DNA of 28,296 nucleotides, counting the filler, from an uncultured virus (IMG/VR IMGVR_UViG_2061766007_004279) (lineage: Duplodnaviria > Heunggongvirae > Uroviricota > Caudoviricetes). It is 2 parts of one record of this genome, joined end to end, with 100 filler letters (N's around TTAATTAATTAA, not from the genome) between each part and the next. Parts side by side here need not be neighbours in the genome. Positions count along the whole stretch, not along the records: positions 1 to 10,847 come from IMGVR_UViG_2061766007_004279; 1 more part is not named here. One strand, given 5' to 3'. A program made the translations under genes and the position numbers. Positions 1 through 9,606 of this stretch are shown in pieces. The notes beneath the pieces are model-generated. The model was not told where the DNA came from, searched no databases, and was given only the letters and a program-made list of their open reading frames with translations. Each line of letters opens with the position of its first letter. The first letter of the stretch is position 1.

Positions 1-3000
1 ATGACGCTCCCCGCGGGGCTGGCGGCAGTGGAGAAGTTTGCCTTCTACGGATGTGAAACCTTAGAGGACCTGAACCTTCCATGGGGCCTCACCGAAATCG
101 GAGGAGGGGCGTTCGATATGTGCGTTGCTCTCCGCTCGCTCACCATTCCTGCCACCGTAGCTTATATCGGCGGTTGGAGCTTCGGCCATTGCAACAGTCT
201 GGCGGACGTTTGTTTCATGCACCGTGAAGAGGACAGCCTGGCCATAGAGAGAAACGCATTCGGTTATGATCAGGGGGGGCAGATCCTGGTTACCCGGATC
301 CGTGTGAGCGACCCTGCCGTCCCGCACCCGGCGCTGCGGAACTATAACTGGAGCGCCGATTATCGGTCGGCGAGTTTCCTTGGCGGCGATGAGTACGCCC
401 TGACATGGATCCTGAGCGGAAATGCGGTCACGATCACCGGCCTGACAAATCCGGAAACGAAAATGCTCCTGATCCCCGCCAAAATCGACGGATATCCCGT
501 GACCGCGATCGGCGATCACGCATTCCCGGGCAGTGCCCTGGAGGCAGTCACACTGCCGGACGGGCTGGCCGTTATCGGTACAGAAGCCTNNNNNNNNNNN
601 NNNNNNNNNNNNNNNNNNNNNNNNNNNNNNAAGGGCTTTTTCCGCCTGCATTGTCTTGACAGATATTCGTTTCCTCCACGAGGTCCGAGCGGACCTGACT
701 ATCGGAGATGGAGCTTTCGCACTGGAAACCGGCCTGACGCAGACAAAGGTTTTCGTACCGGACAAATGGGAGATCCACGCCGCTTTGTCGGACTATGACT
801 GGGTCGCCAGCCATCGGAGCGTCACCTTCCGGTCTCTTTTCACAGAAGACTCCGAGGGCAGCACGCAGGGCCTGATCTGGAAGATGACCGAGCACGGCCT
901 CACCATCACCGGCTGTACAGACAGTCTTCCCAACAACGTGGTGATCCCGGCGGAGATCGGCGGCGTGCCGGTGACCGCCATTGGAGACAGCGCCTTTATG
1001 AACAGCGACAGGCTCCGGAGCATCCGCATCCCAGACTCTGTGACCTACATCGGCGCTTACGCGTTTATGGGTTGCTCTGTACTGGAGACCGTGCTGCTGC
1101 CTTCCGGACTCCGGGAGATCGAATACTGTACTTTCTCCGACTGCAAAAAGCTTTGCGCCGTGACCCTGCCGGCCGGCCTTACAGCCATTCGGATGTCGGC
1201 TTTCGCCGGCTGTTGGGCCCTGGAGGAGATCACCATCCCTGCCGGCGTAGCTGAGATCGACAAGTGGGCTTTCAGCGATTGCCATAATATGACGGACATC
1301 CGCTTCCTGCACACGGCTTCGGAAGCGCTGGCCATCGGTGAGAGCGTCTTCTCCATCGCGAACGGCGGGGNNNNNNNNNNNNNNNNNNNNNNNNNNNNNN
1401 NNNNNNNNNNNNNNNNNNNNNNNNNNNNNNAACGAATCCCGGATACTGCCGCTTCGTGACCTATACCTCCGAAGCTACTGCCGGACTGCTTTGGCGGGAG
1501 GAAAACGGGGAGATCCTCATCACCGGCTATACCGACGAACTGCCCGGCTGGGTGATCATCCCCGAAACCATCATCGGAAAGAACGTCACCGCCATNNNNN
1601 NNNNNNNNNNNNNNNNNNNNNNNNNNNNNNNCGGGACGATCCAGCAGCTCGCGCTGCCCGGCAGCGTGAAGACCGTAGGAGAGCGTGCCTTCCGGGACTG
1701 CAGCAACCTGCGCAGCGTCTCCTTTGACGGGGACGGCCTGCTTGAGATCAGCGCGGAGGCTTTTGCCGGCTGCCGCCGGCTCTGCAATNNNNNNNNNNNN
1801 NNNNNNNNNNNNNNNNNNNNNNNNNNNNNNNNNNNNNNNNNNNNNNNNNNNNNNNNGGGAGCCTTTGAGGACTGTGCTGCCCTGACCGGCCTGCGCTTCC
1901 TTCAGGCTGCTGCTGATCCGCTCGAACTGCAGGCGGACGCCTTCCTCTGCGGAGAGCTGACCGACACCATGATCCGCGTACCGGACGCGTCCAAAGTCCA
2001 CCCGGCTCTCGCCGTCTATGACTGGGCAGGGGACAGGCGGAGCGTTTCCTTCGTCTCCATGACCAAGGCTAAAGCCACCGCGGGCCTGCTCTGGCAGGTG
2101 CAGGGCGGCACGGCGGTTATCACCGGCTATACCACAGGCTTGCCCGCAGCGCTCACCATCCCGGCGGAGATCGAGGGCCTCCGGGTGACCGCCGTCGCCG
2201 AGGGCGCCTTCCGGAACTGCACAGTGCTCAAGAGCGTGGCGCTCCCGGCCGGCATGACCAACATTGAAGAGCAGGCGTTTATGGACTGCAAGAACCTGAA
2301 GAGCGTAACGCTGCCCGGCACCCTGACGGCTGTCGGAAAGGACAGCTTCGCCTGGTGCATCGCGCTGACGGCTGTCGACATTCCCGCTTCTGTGGGCTGT
2401 CTGGGTGAAAATGCCTTCCAGGACTGCCTCGCTCTTACGGACATCCGCTTCCGGCACGAGCGCTCCGACGCGCTGACCATCGGCGAGAACGCCTTCGGGC
2501 TCCTGAACTCCGACTGCGACCTGCCCACCACCGTGAGTGTGGCGGATACGGACCGGATCCATCCTTCGATCGAACGCTACGACTGGCTGGGAAGCACCGA
2601 TGAGCAGCATCAGAGCCGGATCGTTACCTACACCTCCGTAAAAGACGCCGCTGTGGCAGCTTCCACCGTCAAGATGACGGGCGCCGTGTCGGTATACGGC
2701 GGCGTGACCGTGACCTGGCAGAAGGCGGAGTACGCCGAATCCTACGAGATCTTCCGGAAAGCCGGCTCTGCGAAAAAGTGGACCTCCGTGGAGATCGTTT
2801 CCGGGACCTCCTGGCTGGACACGAATGTTAAGAACAACACGAAATACGCCTATACGATCCGGGCCCTGCGCGGCACGGTCCAAGGCCTGTACGACTCCAA
2901 GGGAAAGACGGTGACCTATTATGCCGCCCCGGCGCTCGCCGCGCCGCAGAACACGGCGTCGGGGGAGAAGCTCAGCTGGGGCAAGGTGGGCGGTGCCAGC

Positions 3001-4176
3001 AAGTACCGGGTCNNNNNNNNNNNNNNNNNNNNNNNNNNAGCCTCACCCCGGTGGGCGTCACGACCAAGACCAGTCTGACGGACACCGGCGTGGTCTCCGG
3101 CGACGAGTACACCTACACGGTGCAGTGCCTGAACAAGAAAGGCGCGCCCATCAGCGGCTATGACCCGGACGGGGTCACCGGGCTGTTCGTGGCGGCGCCG
3201 GCGCTGCCCGTGCTCACCGTAACGGAAGACGGGATAGCCCTTGCCTGGGACGCCCCGGAGCATGCCGACGCATATGTGATCTACAGGAAAGCAGGCTCGG
3301 CCAAGACCTGGACGGCGGCGNNNNNNNNNNNNNNNNNNNNNNNNNNNNTACACCTACACCGTTCAGGCCGTCTGGAACGGCGTCCCCAGCGGCTACAACA
3401 CCACAGGCAGGAGCGTAAAGTTCTATATGCCGCCGGTGATCACCGAACTGAGCGCCACCGTGTCCGGCGTCAAGGTGAAGTGGGGCAAGGTCGGAGGAGC
3501 TTCCAAGTACCGGCTGTTCCGGATCGAGGACGACGGTACGCTCACGATGATCGGAGACACCAAAAAGCTGACGCTTACGGACAAGACCGCACCCTCCGGC
3601 ACCGTGTGCACCTACACGCTGCAGTGCCTGAACAAGAAGGGGGCCGTGCTGAGCGGCTGCGACAGTGAGGGCGCAGGCATGTACTATCTGGCAGCCCCGG
3701 CCCTGCCGGTGCTCACGAATGAGGCGGACGCCGTGCTGGTGAGCTGGGAGCCTGTGGGCGGCGCAGAGACGTACACCGTCTTCCGGAAGGCGGGTTCCGC
3801 CANNNNNNNNNNNNNNNNNGCCTACCGCGATACCGACGTTTCGAGCGGCGTAAAGTACACCTATCGGATCCAGGCTGTGTCCGGGGAAACGCTCAGCCCG
3901 ATGCAGTCCAAGGGCCGCGCGGTCGTTTTCCTGGCGCCGCCGGAGCTTACGGGCGCCGCAGCGGTGAGCAGCGGCATCAAAGTCACCTGGCAGAAGGTCC
4001 CCGGCGCCAAAGGCTATTACGTCTATCGCCGGACCGGGGACGGGGACTGGGCGAAGGTCGGCACGATCAAGAAGGGCGGCACGGTCTCGTATACCGATAA
4101 GAACGCGGCCATCGGGACTGCGTACTTCTATACCGTGGCAGCCTATAATGGCAAGAGTGTCAGCGAGCGTGACCCG
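1..4176 (+). CDS. BspA-like leucine-rich-repeat (LRR_5) surface protein with C-terminal fibronectin type III-like repeats; partial, broken by gaps
   Basis: Many LPxxLxxIxxxAFxxCxxL repeats and IPAEIxGxPVTAIGxxAF caps in ORFs 1..798, 533..1459 and 1456..3078. FN3-like repeats (V/LxWxKVxGAxxYxVYR...Y.Y.V) from about 2660 to 4176. Frame changes coincide with N runs, so this is treated as one gene. Confidence 0.8.
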
Positions 4177-4659
4177 NNNNNNNNNNNNNNNNNNNNNNNN
4201 NNNNNNNNNNNNNNNNNNNNNNNNNNNNNNNNNNNNNNNNNNNNNNNNNNNNNNNNNNNNNNNNNNNNNNNNNNNNNNNNNNNNNNNNNNNNNNNNNNNN
4301 NNNNNNNNNNNNNNNNNNNNNNNNNNNNNNNNNNNNNNNNNNNNNNNNNNNNNNNNNNNNNNNNNNNNNNNNNNNNNNNNNNNNNNNNNNNNNNNNNNNN
4401 NNNNNNNNNNNNNNNNNNNNNNNNNNNNNNNNNNNNNNNNNNNNNNNNNNNNNNNNNNNNNNNNNNNNNNNNNNNNNNNNNNNNNNNNNNNNNNNNNNNN
4501 NNNNNNNNNNNNNNNNNNNNNNNNNNNNNNNNNNNNNNNNNNNNNNNNNNNNNNNNNNNNNNNNNNNNNNNNNNNNNNNNNNNNNNNNNNNNNNNNNNNN
4601 NNNNNNNNNNNNNNNNNNNNNNNNNNNNNNNNNNNNNNNNNNNNNNNNNNNNNNNNNNN

Positions 4660-4828
4660 GATCTACGAGAACGCGGACTCCCTGCTCGCTACAAGGAAAC
4701 GCTATTTCGCCGTGTTCCGCCAGCTGGAAGGGCGCGATAAGGTCTGCATCATCAACGCCGACCGCCCGAAGGAAGAGGTGGCGGACGATATTTTCGCCGA
4801 AGTGAAGCGGATCCTTCCACCGCTCTGA
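4660..4828 (+). CDS. tmk: C-terminal fragment of probable thymidylate (dTMP) kinase
   Basis: IYENADSLLATRKRY...IINADRPKEEVADDIF resembles the dTMP kinase C-terminus. The P-loop would lie in the gap, so the call rests on the tail only. Confidence 0.6.
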
Positions 4829-4837
4829 CATTTTTCG

Positions 4838-4867
4838 TTGACAATCCGAGCCCGGGTATGATATTGT
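4838..4867 (+). promoter_or_regulatory. sigma70-type promoter of the tRNA
   Basis: TTGACA at 4838-4843; TG-n-TATTGT at 4859-4867, just upstream of the tRNA. Confidence 0.65.
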
Positions 4868-4880
4868 ATCCGGGCGGTCT

Positions 4881-4972
4881 GGAGAAGTACCCAAGAGGCC
4901 GAAGGGGCTCCCCTGCTAAGGGAGTAGGCGGTGTTGAGCCGCGCTCGGGTTCAAATCCCGACTTCTCCGCCA
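4881..4972 (+). tRNA. tRNA-Ser (anticodon GCT), probable prophage integration site
   Basis: GGAGAAG/CTTCTCC acceptor stem plus G-CCA; anticodon stem CTCCC-CTGCTAA-GGGAG (GCT at 4915-4917); long variable arm; GGTTCAAATCC T-loop. Confidence 0.97.
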
Positions 4973-5023
4973 AAAAGCCCGGAAATGCTTGAAAAATCAG
5001 GCATTTCCGGGCTTCGTCTTTTT
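4973..5023 (+). terminator. Intrinsic terminator hairpin after the tRNA, likely bidirectional
   Basis: AAGCCCGGAAATGCTTGA-AAAA-TCAGGCATTTCCGGGCTT followed by a T-run, with an A-run on the other side. Confidence 0.8.
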
Positions 5024-5106
5024 CGGTTTTGAGGTCGGGTCCGTCCGAAAAAAGTGGAGAGAAATGGAGCAAAATTTATCTCCGTTACCCCACTTATTTC
5101 CCCACC

Positions 5107-6673
5107 TCAGACAGCCGCCGGAGGCTTGCCGATCGCGTTCACGCCGGCGCGCATATCGGAAGTATCTTTGTGGATGTATCGCTGCGTCGAAGAAAATTTT
5201 GCGTGGCGCATGATCTTCTGGATCAGCGTGGAGGAGAGCTGCGCTTTGTCCAGCGCCGTGCCGGTGGTGTGCCGGCAGCTGTACGGGGGAAGATCCCGGC
5301 AGCCGATGCGCTGCAGCGTGGCGTGGTACTCTTTGTAGAAGCCGTCGCGGTTCATGGAGAGGAGCTTCGCGCCGGAGGCATGCTCGCAGAGCTGGCGGAG
5401 CACCGGCTCGATGATGTCCGGGAAGACGATCGGCGTCTCGCGGCGCTTCTCCGTCTTCTTGCCGGCGCCTTCGATGGTCATGGCGTCCCACCGGATCATA
5501 TCCTTGCGGCAGGCCATGAGCTCGCCCGGCATCATGCCGGTGTAGATCATCAGCAGGATATAGCCGGCGATCATGTCGCCTTCGGTGTACGCGTTCCAGA
5601 TCTTCGTCTGCTCCAGGTCGTTGAACGGGACCGGCTCGCCTTCCTCCAGCTCGGGGAGGGTGATCATCCTGGCGAGGTTGATGGTGACGTCCTGGTCCGC
5701 CATGGCGCGCTGGTACAGCTTGGAGAGCAGGTTCTTGAGGTCGCGGGCAGTGTAGTAGGTGCTGCATCGGGCGTCCACGGCCTCCTGCAGGTCGCTGAGG
5801 CGCAGATCCGTGATCCGGCGGAATACGATGTCCGTCTTCAGAAGACGCCCGTGGGCGATCTTGTAGGCGCCCTGCTTGGAGTCGGAGAGCTTCGTCATGT
5901 CCGACGTGCTCCACGCCTGCCAGAGCTGCTCCAGCGTGGGGACGGCCTTCTTCCGGCGCTCCTCCTCGCAGCGGTGGCACCAGTCCATGGCGGNNNNNNN
6001 NNNNNNNNNNNNNNNNNNNNNNNNNNNNNNNNNNNNNNNNNNNNNNNNNNNNNNNNNNNNNNNNNNNNNNNNNNNNNNNNNNNNNNNNNNNNNNNNNNNN
6101 NNNNNNNNNNNNNNNNNNNNNNNNNNNNNNNNNNNNNNNNNNNNNNNNNNNNNNNNNNNNNNNNNNNNNNNNNNNNNNNNNNNNNNNNNNNNNNNNNNNN
6201 NNNNNNNNNNNNNNNNNNNNNNNNNNNNNNNNNNNNNNNNNNNNNNNNNNNNNNNNNNNNNNNNNNNNNNNNNNNNNNNNNNNNNNNNNNNNNNNNNNNN
6301 NNNNNNNNNNNNNNNNNNNNNNNNNNNNNNNNNNNNNNNNNNNNNNNNNNNNNNNNNNNNNNNNNNNNNNNNNNNNNNNNNNNNNNNNNNNNNNNNNNNN
6401 NNNNNNNNNNNNNNNNNNNNNNNNNNNNNNNNNNNNNNNNNNNNNNNNNNNNNNNNNNNNNNNNNNNNNNNNNNNNNNNNNNNNNNNNNNNNNNNNNNNN
6501 NNNNNNNNNNNNNNNNNNNNNNNNNNNNNNNNNNNNNNNNNNNNNNNNNNNNNNNNNNNNNNNNNNNNNNNNNNNNNNNNNNNNNNNNNNNNNNNNNNNN
6601 NNNNNNNNNNNNNNNNNNNNNNNNNNNNNNNNNNNNNNNNNNNNNNNNNGGCGCCGCATCGTTTGCAGTTCAT
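5107..6673 (-). CDS. int: Phage tyrosine integrase with N-terminal zinc ribbon (middle part in gap)
   Basis: Start MNCKRCGA at 6673 behind an AAAGGAGG RBS. Catalytic domain 5107-5990 has YTGMMPGE, YSCRHT and IMRHAKFSSTQRYIH. Linking the two pieces across the gap is inferred. Confidence 0.88.
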
Positions 6674-6727
6674 GGGGACCTCCTTTCTGAGGGGATGAGG
6701 GGAAAACAGGTATGAAACTATTCTTAT

Positions 6728-7414
6728 TCAAGGATCTTCGCGCTGAGATCCAGACTTTAAAAATGGATTGCCGCAGCTTCGATGGCCATCAATGTGTTCA
6801 ACCAGCGGGTTATCGTCAGAGAGCGTCTCTTCCAGACTATCCAGAATAACATCTATACCGGAAGTTCGAGCCAGCTTGATCGCAGGGACATAATCTCGGT
6901 CATTGCCTATGATAACGATCTGATCCACGATCCGATTGTACGCAAGTGTTGAGATGTCGACGCCCATTTTCATATCGACACCCTTCTGGGATACAGTGAG
7001 AATAAAATCTTTCTCCGTCAGATTCTCGCGTTTAAGAGTGCCGTTGCAGATTTTCTTAACAGCATCATACTTAAGAGTATAAACGGTATTCTCTGTATCG
7101 AGTTGACCTAAACGTAAGGCGACCTTACGTTTTCGTTTCAAAGCGCAAAGGAATTCCGTCATCCATTTGTATATATCTTGATTCCGCAAGTTGACGTCTT
7201 TCCCGGTAAGAGGGTGGTACGCTTGTTTGTCTGCGGGAGGGCAATCGTAATAAAAGATGCGATAGAGTTCATGTGAACGCTGGCGCTCCTTCAGATGCCT
7301 ATGGCAATAGGCAAACAGAGCATCTGCCGTCTCCACGGCGGAGTGGTCACCATAAAGGGTTTTGACACGGCGGCGAAAGAATCCACCATCTACAAGGATC
7401 GCTGTTTTCGACAT
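6728..7414 (-). CDS. NYN-domain (LabA/DUF88, PIN-fold) ribonuclease, low-GC cargo
   Basis: ILVDGGF, RIFYYD, QKGVDMKMGVDI and GNDRDYVPAIKLAR acidic motifs; GAGGTG RBS before ATG 7414; visibly AT-richer than the flanking phage DNA. Confidence 0.9.
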   Translation of the reverse strand: MSKTAILVDGGFFRRRVKTLYGDHSAVETADALFAYCHRHLKERQRSHELYRIFYYDCPPADKQAYHPLTGKDVNLRNQDIYKWMTEFLCALKRKRKVALRLGQLDTENTVYTLKYDAVKKICNGTLKRENLTEKDFILTVSQKGVDMKMGVDISTLAYNRIVDQIVIIGNDRDYVPAIKLARTSGIDVILDSLEETLSDDNPLVEHIDGHRSCGNPFLKSGSQREDP

Positions 7415-8139
7415 GTTTATCACCTCTTGAATAAAATAAAAGCCTTCAGAATAGGCACACCCCTTATGGTGGGGGACCTTATCNNNNNNNNNNNNNNNNN
7501 NNNNNNNNNNNNNNNNNNNNNNNNNNNNNNNNNNNNNNNNNNNNNNNNNNNNNNNNNNNNNNNNNNNNNNNNNNNNNNNNNNNNNNNNNNNNNNNNNNNN
7601 NNNNNNNNNNNNNNNNNNNNNNNNNNNNNNNNNNNNNNNNNNNNNNNNNNNNNNNNNNNNNNNNNNNNNNNNNNNNNNNNNNNNNNNNNNNNNNNNNNNN
7701 NNNNNNNNNNNNNNNNNNNNNNNNNNNNNNNNNNNNNNNNNNNNNNNNNNNNNNNNNNNNNNNNNNNNNNNNNNNNNNNNNNNNNNNNNNNNNNNNNNNN
7801 NNNNNNNNNNNNNNNNNNNNNNNNNNNNNNNNNNNNNNNNNNNNNNNNNNNNNNNNNNNNNNNNNNNNNNNNNNNNNNNNNNNNNNNNNNNNNNNNNNNN
7901 NNNNNNNNNNNNNNNNNNNNNNNNNNNNNNNNNNNNNNNNNNNNNNNNNNNNNNNNNNNNNNNNNNNNNNNNNNNNNNNNNNNNNNNNNNNNNNNNNNNN
8001 NNNNNNNNNNNNNNNNNNNNNNNNNNNNNNNNNNNNNNNNNNNNNNNNNNNNNNNNNNNNNNNNNNNNNNNNNNNNNNNNNNNNNNNNNNNNNNNNNNNN
8101 NNNNNNNNNNNNNNNNNNNNNNNNNNNNNNNNNNNNNNN

Positions 8140-8450
8140 TCGTTCAGCGCGTCATAGATGGAGTCGATCTCCCGCACCGGCATCGCCACCATTTGGTCGC
8201 GCGGGAAGCGTGCGTGCTCCGCCTTCGGCTCCTCAGGCTTCTCCGCGCTTTCCTCCCACCCCATCAGATACGCCGGTGTGGTGTGGAGGGCTTCAGCGAG
8301 CTTTGCGATTTTATCACGGCGCATATTTTCGATATAACCGGTCTCCCATTTCCGGACCGTGCTTTTGCCAACGCCGACTACTCTCGCGACATCTTCCAGA
8401 GTCATACCGAGCTCATGACGGCGGATTTTGATTTTGTCCTTGAGTTCCAT
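8140..8450 (-). CDS. CI-like repressor, XRE HTH (variant A; C-terminus in gap)
   Basis: IKIRRHELGMTLEDVARVVGVGKSTVRKWETG...KIAKLAEALHTTPAYLMGWE; divergent from the cro-like gene. Confidence 0.9.
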
Positions 8451-8547
8451 GGCACTTCTCCATTCTATAGAGTGACCATACAATACCATATAAGTATCTT
8501 AAAAGCAACAAATTTATAGAATTGAAGAAAAAAGTTTCCTTTAGTAC

Positions 8548-8577
8548 TTGACAGGCGCAAAAGAGATATGTTATCTT
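8548..8577 (+). promoter_or_regulatory. Rightward (lytic) promoter
   Basis: TTGACA at 8548-8553; TG-n-TATCTT at 8569-8577. Confidence 0.7.
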
Positions 8578-8581
8578 CGTA

Positions 8582-8597
8582 GTGTCCTAAAAGACAC
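8582..8597. promoter_or_regulatory. Repressor operator palindrome GTGTC-N6-GACAC (second copy 8827-8842; degenerate copy 8494-8509)
   Basis: GTGTCCTAAAAGACAC over the predicted transcription start; GTGTCCTAAATGACAC over the cro stop; GTATCTTAAAAGCAAC in the cI-cro spacer. Confidence 0.7.
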
Positions 8598-8613
8598 GCA
8601 AGGAGGTGACATC

Positions 8614-8835
8614 ATGAACAAGGCGCGTTTACGCTATGAGATGGACACACGGGCAGTCAGCGTAGAGGATCTTTGCGCTTATGTCGGTATAAGCAAATCA
8701 GCGTTCTATAAGAAGCTCAACGGGAAATCTGAGTTCACCCGCCGGGAGATCGAGANNNNNNNNNNNNNNNNNNNNNNNNNNNNNNNNNNNNNNNNNNNNN
8801 NNGTTGATATTTTTTTTGCAGAGAAAGTGTCCTAA
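8614..8835 (+). CDS. Cro-like XRE HTH regulator (variant A)
   Basis: AAGGAGG RBS; SVEDLCAYVGISKSAFYKKLNGKSEFTRREI...IFFAEKVS. Confidence 0.88.
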   Translation: MNKARLRYEMDTRAVSVEDLCAYVGISKSAFYKKLNGKSEFTRREIEXXXXXXXXXXXXXXXXVDIFFAEKVS

Positions 8836-8855
8836 ATGACACCGCATCTCATTAT

Positions 8856-8961
8856 CCGAGCGAAGCCCAATGAAATGGGTTCGCGAGGAAAAGGACGAGC
8901 ACCGGAATGAATGAGCCCTGCCGCAGGCGGTCAGGGCGAACGATATGGAGGTTGTGAGGAC
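8856..8961 (+). repeat. Palindromic interspersed element (copy 1); diverged copy at about 11010-11110
   Basis: Shared GCCCAATG(A/T)AATGGG...GCGAGGAA(A/G)AGGACGAGCACCGGA...TTGTGAGGACG in both copies; the core hairpin recurs inverted at 24003-24016. Confidence 0.65.
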
Positions 8962-9174
8962 GTGCAGACACTTACCGAAATCGAAGCCTGCGAGCGGGAG
9001 ATGCTGGTGCCGGCGGACATCGCGCCCATCCTGGGGAGCGATCCGCAGACGATCCGGCTGATGGCGCACCAGTGCCGGGAGCAGCTGGGCTTCCCGGTGA
9101 GCATCATCGGGAACCGCGTGAAGATCCCCAGGGCGGCGTTCCTGGCGTTCATGCGCGGGGAGAAGAGCTCTTAA
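8962..9174 (+). CDS. Excisionase-like small HTH DNA-binding protein
   Basis: MLVPADIAPILGSDPQTIR...LGFPVSIIGNRVKIPRAAFLAFM fits a winged-HTH Xis pattern; same N-terminus repeated at 11124-11174. Confidence 0.7.
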   Translation: MQTLTEIEACEREMLVPADIAPILGSDPQTIRLMAHQCREQLGFPVSIIGNRVKIPRAAFLAFMRGEKSS

Positions 9175-9187
9175 AGGAGGAAGGACG

Positions 9188-9399
9188 ATGGCAGAGGGAA
9201 TCTGTTTCCTGTGCGGGAACTACGAGACCGTGGAGCGGCACCACCTGTTCGGCGGGGCGCTGCGGAAGAAGGCGGACCGGCTGAAGCTGACGGTGATGCT
9301 GTGCCCGTGGTGCCACCAGTACGACGCCGACAGCGCCCACCGGAGCGCGGAGGCGCGGCTGTACCTGCACCGGTACGGACAGCGGAAGGCCATGGAAGA
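9188..9399 (+). CDS. Small Zn-binding HNH-like phage protein (truncated by gap)
   Basis: CFLCG...ERHHLFGG...LCPWCHQ...SAH; AGGAGG RBS. Confidence 0.65.
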
Positions 9400-9409
9400 N
9401 NNNNNNNNN

Positions 9410-9432
9410 GCGCCGCATCGTTTGCAGTTCAT
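9410..9432 (-). CDS. 5' end of a second integrase allele (variant B)
   Basis: 9410-9469 is nearly identical to 6650-6708, encoding MNCKRCG with the same RBS, then diverges. Confidence 0.7.
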
Positions 9433-9486
9433 GGGGGCCTCCTTTCTGAGGGGATGGGAGGGGAAAACATTTTATGGCTTTCGGAA

Positions 9487-9515
9487 TTGACAAAAAATTA
9501 AAGATATCATATACT
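9487..9515 (+). promoter_or_regulatory. Near-consensus sigma70 promoter with no downstream sense ORF
   Basis: TTGACA (9487-9492), 17 bp spacer, TATACT (9510-9515). Confidence 0.85.
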
Positions 9516-9521
9516 CTTATT

Positions 9522-9606
9522 AAGCTAACTCGTGAAGGAAGAAAGCTGGGTTNNNNNNNNNNNNNNNNNNNNNNNNTAGAATTCCCAAGCTCCTGGGGTT
9601 AGCTTT
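9522..9606 (+). ncRNA. Putative structured small RNA convergent with the HEPN gene
   Basis: Starts 7 nt after the -10 box. 5' AAGCTAACTC pairs with 3' GGGTTAGCTT (9596-9605); inner AGCTGGG (9544-9550) pairs with CCCAAGCT (9584-9591); T-rich tail; centre (9553-9576) is N. Confidence 0.65.

Noticed and set aside
1057..2883. Long antisense ORFs (also 5029-6690, 19404-20588, 22316-23527)
   Set aside because: These are shadow frames of GC-rich genes extended through N runs, with no recognisable motifs.
533..3668. Apparent frameshifts or pseudogenisation of the LRR/FN3 gene and several phage genes
   Set aside because: Every frame change coincides with an N run of estimated length.
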